A DNA stretch of 64,000 nucleotides from Caulobacterales bacterium (lineage in GTDB: Bacteria; Pseudomonadota; Alphaproteobacteria; Caulobacterales; Aquidulcibacteraceae), in assembly GCA_044340025.1 (NCBI GenBank), contig JBIIUJ010000001.1, positions 6,726-70,725 on the forward strand, written 5' to 3'. Shown here one piece after another: positions 21,091 to 29,410 of the stretch; the stretch's first letter is position 1; every line of letters starts with the position of its first letter. Position numbers and translations under genes: made by a program. The notes beneath the pieces are model-generated. The model was not told the DNA's origin, searched no databases, and saw only the letters and a list, made by a program, of their open reading frames with translations.

Positions 21091-22494
21091 ATGGACGCCC
21101 ACCGTTCCTATTTCGACACCGTGGACTGGGCTGCGCTCCAGGCCGACCACCCGATCGGGGACGGCTTTCTGGCGATGGCCAAAACCATCAGCCGCGACGA
21201 GCTGCGGGCGCGGCAGAACCGGCTGTTCCTGCGCTGTGTCGCCCGCGCCTGGACGACGCCCTTTTACCAGCGCCTCTGGGGCGGCCGGGGGATCGAGCCC
21301 GGCGACATCACCAGCCTCGACGACATCGTGAAGCTGCCAAGCTTCGACAAGTCCGACATCATGGCCAGCCTGGAGCGCGCGCCGCCGTTTGGCGATTTTT
21401 CCGCGCTCGACAGTTACCCGGCCGGCGAGCGGCCGCCGGTGATTTTCCACACGACATCCGGCACCACCGGAAAGCCGCAGGTGCTCCTGTTTGGCGCAAA
21501 GAGCCGGGAAGCCCAAAACCTGCTTCTGGGGCGTCTCTACCGCTTCCAGGGTCTGCGCCCGGACGATGTGGTCCATTCCGTCTACGGCCACGGCATGATC
21601 AACGGCGGCCACTATGTGCGCGAAAGCGTCATTCACTGGACAAGCGCAATCTTCATGAGCGCCGGCACAGGCGTGGAGACGCGCTCGGTCCAGCAGGTCG
21701 AACTGATGCGCCAGTTTGGCGCGACCGTGATCGTGGGGTTTGCCGACTACATCAAGAAGCTCGCCGAGACAGCCCGCGAGATGGGGCTGGAGCCCGGTCG
21801 CGACATTCCGGTGCGGATGATCTGCGGCCATATGGGGCGGGAAGATCAGGCCGGCATCTCGGCCGCCTGGGGCGGGGCCGCCTGCTACGACTGGTATGGC
21901 GTGGGCGACACCGGGTGCATCGCGGGCGAGGGGCCCGACAAGGCGGGCATGTATGTGATGGAGGACGCCCAGTATCTGGAGATGGGCGACATCGATACGG
22001 GCCTTCCGGTGGAGGATGGCAAGGCCGGCGACATGATCGTTACCTGCCTCTTCAAGGACGATATCTATCCCATCATCCGGTTCAACACCCATGACGTCTC
22101 GGCCTATCGCACCGACGCCTCTCCGCTGGATCTGAAGTTCCGCCGGATCGAAGGGTTTCTTGGCCGCTCCGACAACATGGTGAAGTTGCGCGGCATCAAT
22201 ATCTTTCCGCAGGGCGTGGGGCCGATGCTTGATGAACTGCCGGCGTTTGCGGGCGAGTTCCTCTGCAAGGCGGTGCGAGACGCAAATGGCCGCGACGAGT
22301 TCGTCGTGATCGCCGAGACGACGGCCCCGGCGGGCGAGCGCCCCGGCGTCACCGAAGCCGCACGCGCCATCCTGAAGCGCAAGATCGGCATCGAGGTGCA
22401 GGTGGAACTGGTCGACAAAGGGGCAACCGCCGCGCTCACCCAGATCGAGGTGCGCCAGAAGCCGATCCGCCTGATCGACGAGCGGTTCAAGTGA
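21091..22494 (+). CDS. Phenylacetate-CoA ligase-like (COG1541/F390 synthetase family) adenylate-forming enzyme
   Basis: ATG 21091 (MDAHRSYFD), after a GAGAGAG SD. AMP-binding motif TSGTTGKP and C-terminal ..GRSDNMVKLRGINIFP.. Confidence 0.85.
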   Translation: MDAHRSYFDTVDWAALQADHPIGDGFLAMAKTISRDELRARQNRLFLRCVARAWTTPFYQRLWGGRGIEPGDITSLDDIVKLPSFDKSDIMASLERAPPFGDFSALDSYPAGERPPVIFHTTSGTTGKPQVLLFGAKSREAQNLLLGRLYRFQGLRPDDVVHSVYGHGMINGGHYVRESVIHWTSAIFMSAGTGVETRSVQQVELMRQFGATVIVGFADYIKKLAETAREMGLEPGRDIPVRMICGHMGREDQAGISAAWGGAACYDWYGVGDTGCIAGEGPDKAGMYVMEDAQYLEMGDIDTGLPVEDGKAGDMIVTCLFKDDIYPIIRFNTHDVSAYRTDASPLDLKFRRIEGFLGRSDNMVKLRGINIFPQGVGPMLDELPAFAGEFLCKAVRDANGRDEFVVIAETTAPAGERPGVTEAARAILKRKIGIEVQVELVDKGATAALTQIEVRQKPIRLIDERFK

Positions 22495-23873
22495 GCGTGG
22501 CGCCCCACACGCTTGGCGCGGTGGCGCTCGGTCGTGCGCTCGCCCGGCGCGAAACCACCGCACGCGCGGCCACGCAAGCCTATCTCGACCGGATTGCAGC
22601 GCTTAATCCGCGCCTTGCCATCTTCACCCAGGTCGCGACACAGGACGCGCTTGCCGCCGCCGACGCCGCCGATGCGCGCCTGGCCATCGGGCAGGGGCTT
22701 GGCCCGCTCGACGGCGTGCCGATTGCGGTTAAGGACAATATCGCGGTGGCGGGGCTGGCCTGGACCAGCGGGGTGGCGGCGCGCCGCGACAGCATCGCCC
22801 AGGACGACGCCTTCTGCGTCACGCTGTTGCGTGAACAGGGCTGCGTCATCCTCGGCACGCTGAACATGCACGAAGGCGCGCTGGGCGCGACGACCGACAA
22901 TTCCGCCTATGGCCGCTGCGAAAACCCCTGGCGGCTGGACCATACGCCGGGCGGCTCTTCCGGCGGCTCGGGCGCGGCGGTGGCGGCAGGCTTGTGCGCG
23001 GCGGCGCTCGGCACCGACACGATGGGCAGCGTGCGGATCCCGGCGGCCTATTGCGGGGTGTTCGGCTTCAAGCCGAGCTATGGACGCATCTCCTCAGACG
23101 GGCTCGGCCATCTCTCCTGGACGCTGGACCATATCGGCCCCATCGCGCGCCGGGCGGAGGATTTGCGCGTGCTGATGTCGGTGCTGGCCACTGGCCACGC
23201 GGGCGCGCTGATCACCCGGCCTTCCGACGACTACCGCGATTTCTGGCTCGATGAGCCGGCCCGGTTTGCAGACTTGCGGGTCGGCGTTCTTGAGACCGGG
23301 ATTGTCGTCGAGCCGGGCGTGGCGGCGGTTTTCTCGGCGGCGCTCGACCGGCTGTCGGGGCTTGGCGCCACGCTGGAGCCGTTTCGCCCGGCCACTTTCG
23401 CCCCGGATGTTCTTCGCCGGCGGGGGCTGCTGATTTCGGAAGCCGAGGGGGCGGTGGCGTTTGCCGACGAGCTTGCCGCCGATGGGGGGCTCAGCGCGGA
23501 CTTTCGCGCCCTGCTCGATTATGGCGCCCGCCAGCCGGCGGTGCGACTGGCCAGCGCCCACCATGACGTGTTGTCGGCTCGGGCCGCCATACGCAAGCAG
23601 ATGGCGTTTCAGGGTCTTGATCTGCTCATAAGCCCCACGGCGCCACAGACAGCCTTCCCCCATGGAGCGCCGGCGCCGGCTTCGCAGGCCGACTTCACCT
23701 GCCTTGGCAATATCGCCGATCTGCCGGCGGCTTCTGTCCCGATCGGCTTTGCAGCGGGCTTGCCGGTGGGGCTGCAGCTCATGGGCGGCGAGGGGGCGGA
23801 CGCTTTCGTGCTGCGCTGCGCGATCGCGCTCGATCAGCTGTTTGCGCCCGAGACGCTCGCTCCGATCGCCTGA
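22491..23873 (+). CDS. Amidase (amidase-signature family)
   Basis: GTG 22491 overlaps the upstream stop (GTGA). AS signature GGSSGGSGAAVAAG and the Ser-cisSer-Lys context are present. Confidence 0.9.
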   Translation: MSVAPHTLGAVALGRALARRETTARAATQAYLDRIAALNPRLAIFTQVATQDALAAADAADARLAIGQGLGPLDGVPIAVKDNIAVAGLAWTSGVAARRDSIAQDDAFCVTLLREQGCVILGTLNMHEGALGATTDNSAYGRCENPWRLDHTPGGSSGGSGAAVAAGLCAAALGTDTMGSVRIPAAYCGVFGFKPSYGRISSDGLGHLSWTLDHIGPIARRAEDLRVLMSVLATGHAGALITRPSDDYRDFWLDEPARFADLRVGVLETGIVVEPGVAAVFSAALDRLSGLGATLEPFRPATFAPDVLRRRGLLISEAEGAVAFADELAADGGLSADFRALLDYGARQPAVRLASAHHDVLSARAAIRKQMAFQGLDLLISPTAPQTAFPHGAPAPASQADFTCLGNIADLPAASVPIGFAAGLPVGLQLMGGEGADAFVLRCAIALDQLFAPETLAPIA

Positions 23874-23888
23874 CGGGGTCAGGCGATC
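23864..23888. repeat. Perfect 11-bp inverted repeat (GATCGCCTGAC-GGG-GTCAGGCGATC) spanning both convergent stop codons
   Basis: Read directly from the sequence. Each arm encodes Ile-Ala-stop, for the amidase on + and for RidA on -. Confidence 0.9.
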
Positions 23889-24340
23889 TCGAACACGCCG
23901 TCGACTTCCACGGCGAAGCCGAGCGGCAGCTCGGCCACGCCCACAGCGGAGCGCGCATGGCGACCGGCGTCGCCAAAGACGTCCACCATCAGGTCGGAGC
24001 AGCCGTTCACGATCGATGGGACCGACGTGAAGCCAGGTGCGACATTCACATACCCGTTGAGCTTCAGGACGGCCTTCACGCGGTCCAGATCGCCCTCGCA
24101 CGCCGCCTTCAACTGGGCGATAAGGTTGAGACCGCACAACCGGGCCGCCGCCTGGCCCTGCTCCACGCTGACATCGCCGCCGACCTTGCCCTTGATCCCG
24201 CCGGACGCATCCACCGAAACCTGGCCGGAGATATGGACAAGGCTACCGGCGCGCGTGAACGGGACGTAGCTCGCCACGGGGGCGGGCGGGATCGGAAGGG
24301 TGAGCCCGAGCGCCGCCAGTTTGCGTTCCACCTGTCCCAT
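23879..24340 (-). CDS. RidA/YjgF family reactive-intermediate deaminase
   Basis: 153-aa C-terminal part of ORF 23879..24703 from ATG 24340: MGQVERKLAALGLTLPIPPAPVASYVPFTRAGSLVHISGQ. Confidence 0.9.
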   Translation of the reverse strand: MGQVERKLAALGLTLPIPPAPVASYVPFTRAGSLVHISGQVSVDASGGIKGKVGGDVSVEQGQAAARLCGLNLIAQLKAACEGDLDRVKAVLKLNGYVNVAPGFTSVPSIVNGCSDLMVDVFGDAGRHARSAVGVAELPLGFAVEVDGVFEIA

Positions 24341-25001
24341 CGCGCGCGCTCCTTGTGCCGTCGGTCGGCATAAAGGCCAGAGCGCACGCCGTCGCAAGCC
24401 CGATCGTGAGGCCTGCGCCAAGGCCGCCCAGACCATAGAGCGCAACCCGAGGGGTGAAGCCGGACAAATCAGCCGCCGCCTGACCCGCGACATAAGTGAG
24501 CGGCAGGGCGATCGCCCAGCCCAGCGTGTTGGCGACAATCCAGGCCCACCGCCGGCGGACGCCCTTCGGGATCGCCCATGCTTGAGCGACGCCAAACAGC
24601 AGCCCGGCGCCAAGCCCGAAGACAGCCGCAAACAGAATGACCGCCTGGGCGCTGGGTTCGGCGCCCTGCGCGCCGCTGGCGTAGGGCCCAAACAGCGGCA
24701 CACCCGCTCCCACGCCCCACCCGATCAGGCCGACGAGCAAGGTGGCGGCGATCCATCGGGCGATGCTGATTGCAGGCCAGAACGCCCTGAGCGCCATGGC
24801 CTGCAATCCGCCAAGGATCAGCGCTTCGGGGATCGCCGCGCTCGCCATCGCGGCCCATGCGCCAAGCCGCAGCCAGAACGGCTCCGGTTCTCCGAGCAGA
24901 AGGTTGGCCACGCCATACCACGCGCCGGCCGCGCCCAGACCAAGGAGCTCGGCGAGCGCGCAGATCGCCACCCACCGCACCAGCAGCACGTCCGGCGTCA
25001 T
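24243..25001 (-). CDS. Hypothetical membrane protein
   Basis: 252-aa ORF with about 6-7 hydrophobic helices. Its 3' end overlaps the ridA 5' end out of frame, so the true stop is uncertain. Confidence 0.5.
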   Translation of the reverse strand: MTPDVLLVRWVAICALAELLGLGAAGAWYGVANLLLGEPEPFWLRLGAWAAMASAAIPEALILGGLQAMALRAFWPAISIARWIAATLLVGLIGWGVGAGVPLFGPYASGAQGAEPSAQAVILFAAVFGLGAGLLFGVAQAWAIPKGVRRRWAWIVANTLGWAIALPLTYVAGQAAADLSGFTPRVALYGLGGLGAGLTIGLATACALAFMPTDGTRSARDGTGGTQTGGARAHPSDPARPRGELRPVHARR

Positions 25002-25044
25002 GTACGCCTCCCTGTGACGTCGCCAGCCCCGCAGGGTTTATGGG

Positions 25045-26343
25045 CTAGTCGCGGCCACGGTTCGAGCGGGCCGCCTGTCGCGCGGCGGCTAGCCGCAGGT
25101 CGCGGCCGGTCGCAATCGCATCGGCGCCGAACCGCGCCCTCGCGGCTTGCTCGGCAGCCTCCAGGGCGGCGCGTTTTGCAGGGGCCTGATCGAGCAGATC
25201 GCCTTTGTCGGCGAGCGTGGGATCGCAGAGGTCTGACAAACCCGCTCCGATCAGCCGATAGGATTTTCCAGCGGGCTCGGCCCGGAGCAGGCGTACGACC
25301 GTTGCAAACAGGGTGCGCGCGGTCTGGGTGGGGGCGGGCAGGGTTTCCCGTCGCGTCAGGGTGCGAAAATCCGACGTCTTGAGCTTCAAGGTAGCTACCC
25401 GTCCGGCGACGCCGGCAGCCTTGCTGCGCTCCGCAACACGCGTGCACAGCGCCCAGAGCCGATCTTCCAGCGCCTCCCCATTCTGAAGGTCGGCCTCGAA
25501 CGTGGTTTCTGCGGAGACGGACTTGCGTTCGCTTTCCGGTTCGACCGGGCGGTCGTCGTCTCCATGCGCCAATGCCCACAGGCGCCCGCCCCAGGGACCA
25601 AGCCGCTTCACCAGCCGGTCGCGCGGGGCTGCCGCAAGGGCTCCGATCGTGGAATAGCCCGCCTTCTCCAGGTCTGCAGCCTGTGCAGGCCCCACGCCAT
25701 GGATGAAACGCACGGGACGCGGCGCAAGAAAGGCGGCCGCCTCCTCCCGCCCGATCACGGCAAAGCCGCGCGGCTTGTCGAGGTCAGAGGCGATCTTTGC
25801 GAGAAACTTGTTGGGTCCCAGTCCCACCGACACGGTGAGGCCCCGTTCGGCTTCGATCTGTTTTTGAAGCGCCATCAGGGTGCGCGCCGGCGATCCCCCA
25901 TGCAGGCGCTGCGTGCCGCCAAGGTCCAGATAGGCCTCGTCGATGGACACAGGCTCCACCAACGGCGTCAGGGCCTGCATCATCGACCGGATCGCACGGC
26001 CTTCGGCGGCGTAAAGCGCCATGTCCGGACGAATGACGATGGCGTTGGGGCAGGCCGCCAGCGCCTTGAACATCGGCATGGCCGAGCGCACGCCATAGGC
26101 GCGCGCGACATAGCATGCTGTAGCCACCACCCCGCGTCGCCCGCCGCCGATGATCACAGGCTTGTCCGCAAGGCTCGGGTCGTCCCGCTTGTGGATTGCG
26201 GCATAGAAGGCGTCGCAATCGATATGTGCGATCGCCAGACGCTCCAGGGCGGGGTGGCGCACGACGCGCCGGGACCCGCAGGCGGGGCAGGCGGCGTCGG
26301 CCTCCTCCACCGTGCCCAGACAATCCCGGCACAGTCCGCTCAC
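25045..26343 (-). CDS. dinB: DNA polymerase IV (Y-family)
   Basis: 432 aa with the motif IDCDAFYAAIHKRDDP..KPVIIGG. It has an N-terminal CxxC..CxxC extension, and its GTG start overlaps the upstream stop. Confidence 0.92.
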   Translation of the reverse strand: MSGLCRDCLGTVEEADAACPACGSRRVVRHPALERLAIAHIDCDAFYAAIHKRDDPSLADKPVIIGGGRRGVVATACYVARAYGVRSAMPMFKALAACPNAIVIRPDMALYAAEGRAIRSMMQALTPLVEPVSIDEAYLDLGGTQRLHGGSPARTLMALQKQIEAERGLTVSVGLGPNKFLAKIASDLDKPRGFAVIGREEAAAFLAPRPVRFIHGVGPAQAADLEKAGYSTIGALAAAPRDRLVKRLGPWGGRLWALAHGDDDRPVEPESERKSVSAETTFEADLQNGEALEDRLWALCTRVAERSKAAGVAGRVATLKLKTSDFRTLTRRETLPAPTQTARTLFATVVRLLRAEPAGKSYRLIGAGLSDLCDPTLADKGDLLDQAPAKRAALEAAEQAARARFGADAIATGRDLRLAAARQAARSNRGRD

Positions 26344-27241
26344 GCCGGCCGATCCCAGAGCCAGGCCGCGCCGCGCACGCCGGAGGAATCGCCATGCCTG
26401 GCTTGCTGCAGGTTTATCGACACAGAATCGCTGAACGCGTGTGCGGCGATCACGGGCGGAACAAGATCATAGAGCGCGCTCACGCGGGAAACCCCGCCGC
26501 CGAGGACGATCACGTCCGGGTCGAGAATCGTCGTGATCATTGCAAGAGCGCGCCCGAGTCTGTCGGCGTAGAGGCGAAGGCTGGCGAGGCTGTCAGGGTC
26601 GCCGGCCTCCGCCCGTTCTGCAATCTCCGGCGGCGACAGGTCTTGTCCGAACTTCTCCCTGTGCCAGCCCTGCCAGGCGGGGCCGGAGAGCCAGGTCTCG
26701 ATGCAGCCGCGTTTGCCGCACCAGCAGGCCGGCCCGGGATGCTCGTCTGGTCTGGTCCAGGCCAGAGGCGTATGGCCCCATTCGCCAGCGATGCCATTTG
26801 CGCCGCTGACCAGCGCGCGGTCCACTACCAATCCGCCGCCGACCCCGGTTCCCAGGATCACCCCGAAGACCACGCGCGCGTGCGCGCCGGCGCCGTCGCG
26901 CGCCTCCGAAACGGCGAAACAGTCGGCGTCATTGGCCACACGCACCGGCCGATCCAATGCGGCCTCCAGATCGCGCTGCAGGGGCCGGCCATTCAGCCAG
27001 GTTGAATTGGCGTTTCGCATGAGGCCTGTGCGGGGCGAAGGCGAGCCCGGCGCGCCGATCCCGACCGTACAGGCCGCGCCCACACCTCGGCTTCAAGCAC
27101 GCCGACCAGATCGGCCAGGAGAGCGATGCTGGCTTCATAGGTGCGGGCCGACGGCACGCGCCTGCGCGCCCGGACCGCGCCCTCGTGATCCAGCACCACG
27201 GCCTCCGTCTTGGTTCCTCCGAGATCGACGCCAAGCCGCAA
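26340..27241 (-). pseudogene. ROK-family sugar kinase (NagK/Mak-like) interrupted by a frameshift
   Basis: The N-terminal 60 aa ([18 protein letters not shown]) lie in ORF 26993..27241. The rest ([32 protein letters not shown]) lies in ORF 26340..27083. The frames switch at the GTGTG run (27081..27085). Confidence 0.7.
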
Positions 27242-27336
27242 AAATGCCTCCGAAAGGCTTGATTAAGACTGATCAGGCTAGAGTGCACCCGCCGGCGAAG
27301 CGGGGAAACCCTCAACAGACCGGACAAGAGGCGGGT

Positions 27337-27723
27337 ATGGACGGCGGTGGCGCAGGAGCGCGCAAGACAGTTCTGATCGTTGAAGACAATGATCTGAACA
27401 TGCGGCTCTTCAACGACCTGTTGGAAGCCTTCGGCTATCGCACCGTGAAGACCCAGGAGGGCCTTCGCGCCCTTGATCTCGCCCGCGAGCACAAGCCCGA
27501 CCTGATCCTGATGGACATTCAGTTGCCGGGGGTTTCAGGGCTCGACGTCACCAAGTGGATCAAGGCCGACGACGATCTCGCCCATATTCCCGTTGTGGCC
27601 GTCACCGCCTTCGCGATGCCCGGAGACGAGGAGCGCATCAAGGAAGGCGGCTGCTCGGCCTATCTGTCCAAGCCGATCCAGATCGCTTCGTTCCTGGCCA
27701 CCGTGAAACAGCACGCAGGCTGA
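27337..27723 (+). CDS. divK: Single-domain response regulator DivK
   Basis: 128 aa from ATG 27337: [39 protein letters not shown]. pleD follows immediately. Confidence 0.88.
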   Translation: MDGGGAGARKTVLIVEDNDLNMRLFNDLLEAFGYRTVKTQEGLRALDLAREHKPDLILMDIQLPGVSGLDVTKWIKADDDLAHIPVVAVTAFAMPGDEERIKEGGCSAYLSKPIQIASFLATVKQHAG

Positions 27724-27727
27724 GCCG

Positions 27728-29161
27728 ATGAGCGCGCGCGTCCTGGTGGTGGACGATCTTGAGCCGAATGTTCACCTGCTTCAGGCCAAGCTGACCCACG
27801 ACTACCACACCGTTTTCACCGCTTCGAACGGCCGCGATGCGATCGCTTCCGCCAAGGCGAACAATCCCGACATCATCCTCCTCGATGTGATGATGCCGGA
27901 GATGGACGGCTTCGAGACCTGTCGGCGGCTGAAGGAGGACCCGGCCACCCGGCACATACCCGTGGTGATGGTGACCGCGCTTGATCAGCGCCAGGACCGG
28001 GTGATGGGTCTCGAATGCGGCGCGGACGACTTTCTGACCAAGCCTGTGGAAGACCTGCAGCTCATGGCGCGCGTGCGCAGCCTCTCGCGTCACAAGATGC
28101 TGCTCGACGAGCTGCGCCGCCGCGAGGCGAGCGGTCGCCGCCTTGGCGTGATCGAACAGACCGCGGCGGTGGAAAAGGGGCTGGGCGGCCAGGTTCTGAT
28201 ATTCGACGACAATCCTCGCGCGGCTGATCGACTCAAGCGGATCCTGGAAGGCGAGCAGCGCCCGATGACCTTCCACGAGATGAGCGCGCTTGGCCTTGGC
28301 GGGGATTCGGCGGCTGAGCTGCTTGTCGCCACGATCATGCCGGGTCGTGTCGATGCGCTGCGCATCGTGGCTGAATTGCGCGCCAACGAACGCACCCGCC
28401 TGTTGCCGATTCTCGCGATTCTCGATCCGGATGATCGTGCGCGCGGGCTGAAGGCGCTCGACCTCGGCGTCAATGATCTGATGTCGAAACCGGTCGACCC
28501 GGAGGAGCTGCGCGCGCGCGTGCGCACGCTGCTCAAGCGCAAGCGCTATGCCGACCAGTTGCGCGCCTCCGTCGATCGCAGCCTGGAAATGGCGGTGACC
28601 GACCAGCTCACCGGCTTGCACAACCGGCGCTACATGGAAGTGCAGCTCAGGGGGCTGATGGCGCGCGCCGCCCACGGCGGGCAGCCTGTCTCGGTGCTGA
28701 TCGTCGATCTGGACTATTTCAAGCGGGTCAACGACAGCCACGGCCATGATGCCGGCGACGATGTGTTGCGCGCCTTTGCGGGGCGGCTCGCCTCCAGTTT
28801 CCGGCCGACCGACCTCGTCTGCCGTTTCGGCGGCGAGGAATTCGTGGTGATCATGCCCGAAACGCGCGCGCGCGAGGCCGAGCTGATCGCCGAGCGGTTG
28901 CGCCAGCACATTCAGGATGCGGCCTTCCATTTGCCGACAGGCGAGACCGTTCAGATGACCGTCTCTGGCGGGGTCGCGGTCAGCGAGGGGCCAATCGATA
29001 CCCCGGACGGCATTCTCAAGCGCGCCGACGAAGCGCTCTATCGGGCCAAGACCGAAGGACGCAACCGCATCCTGCTTGATGGCGCGATCGCCCAAAATGA
29101 AAACGCCCGGCCTGGAGGCCGGGCGTCCGAAACGCAGATGCCCGGCCTCTGGCGGGGCTAG
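27728..29161 (+). CDS. pleD: Response regulator/diguanylate cyclase PleD (REC-REC-GGDEF)
   Basis: 477 aa with two receiver domains, a GGEEF active site and an RPTD I-site five residues upstream of it. Confidence 0.9.
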   Translation: MSARVLVVDDLEPNVHLLQAKLTHDYHTVFTASNGRDAIASAKANNPDIILLDVMMPEMDGFETCRRLKEDPATRHIPVVMVTALDQRQDRVMGLECGADDFLTKPVEDLQLMARVRSLSRHKMLLDELRRREASGRRLGVIEQTAAVEKGLGGQVLIFDDNPRAADRLKRILEGEQRPMTFHEMSALGLGGDSAAELLVATIMPGRVDALRIVAELRANERTRLLPILAILDPDDRARGLKALDLGVNDLMSKPVDPEELRARVRTLLKRKRYADQLRASVDRSLEMAVTDQLTGLHNRRYMEVQLRGLMARAAHGGQPVSVLIVDLDYFKRVNDSHGHDAGDDVLRAFAGRLASSFRPTDLVCRFGGEEFVVIMPETRAREAELIAERLRQHIQDAAFHLPTGETVQMTVSGGVAVSEGPIDTPDGILKRADEALYRAKTEGRNRILLDGAIAQNENARPGGRASETQMPGLWRG

Positions 29162-29173
29162 GCCGGCGCTGGC

Positions 29174-29341
29174 CTACTTGATCTTGCCTTCGACAAACTC
29201 GACGTGCTTGCGCACGACAGGGTCGTACTTCTTCATCTTCAGCTTGTCGGTCTTGGTGCGGGCGTTCTTCTTCGTGACATAGAAGAAGCCGGTGCCGGCC
29301 GACGAATTGAGGCGGATCTTGATCGAGGCCGGTTTGGCCAT
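29174..29341 (-). CDS. rpmG: 50S ribosomal protein L33
   Basis: 55 aa from ATG 29341: [55 protein letters not shown]. Confidence 0.95.
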   Translation of the reverse strand: MAKPASIKIRLNSSAGTGFFYVTKKNARTKTDKLKMKKYDPVVRKHVEFVEGKIK

Positions 29342-29410
29342 GGAAAATTCTCCCGCAACGGGGTGATTGGAAATCGGAAGCGCGGCATTGGCCACACACG
29401 CGGCCGGAAG

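Noticed and set aside
20695-22563. 622-aa ORF on the minus strand, and similar very long ORFs at 47299..49167 (-), 27638..29095 (-), 9579..11099 (+), 43677..45119 (+), 58371..59612 (-) and 60756..62129 (-).
   Set aside because: Each lies antisense to a gene with clear family motifs (PaaK-like ligase/PrpD, ACAD, pleD, uvrA, podJ, AsmA-like). The translations are Arg/Gly/Pro/Ala-rich low-complexity sequences typical of shadow ORFs in high-GC DNA, with no recognisable domains.
27242-27336. CtrA or LexA sites in the divK / ROK-kinase divergent region (GATTAAGACTGATCAGG).
   Set aside because: There is only a single TTAA half-site with no partner at N7, and no GAAC-N7-GAAC. This is not enough to call.
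29159-29176. 6-bp hairpin TAGGCC-GGCGCT-GGCCTA containing both the pleD and rpmG stop codons, considered as a terminator.
   Set aside because: The stem is short, there is no U-tract on either strand, and there are only 12 nt between the genes. It is noted as a curiosity, not called as a terminator.
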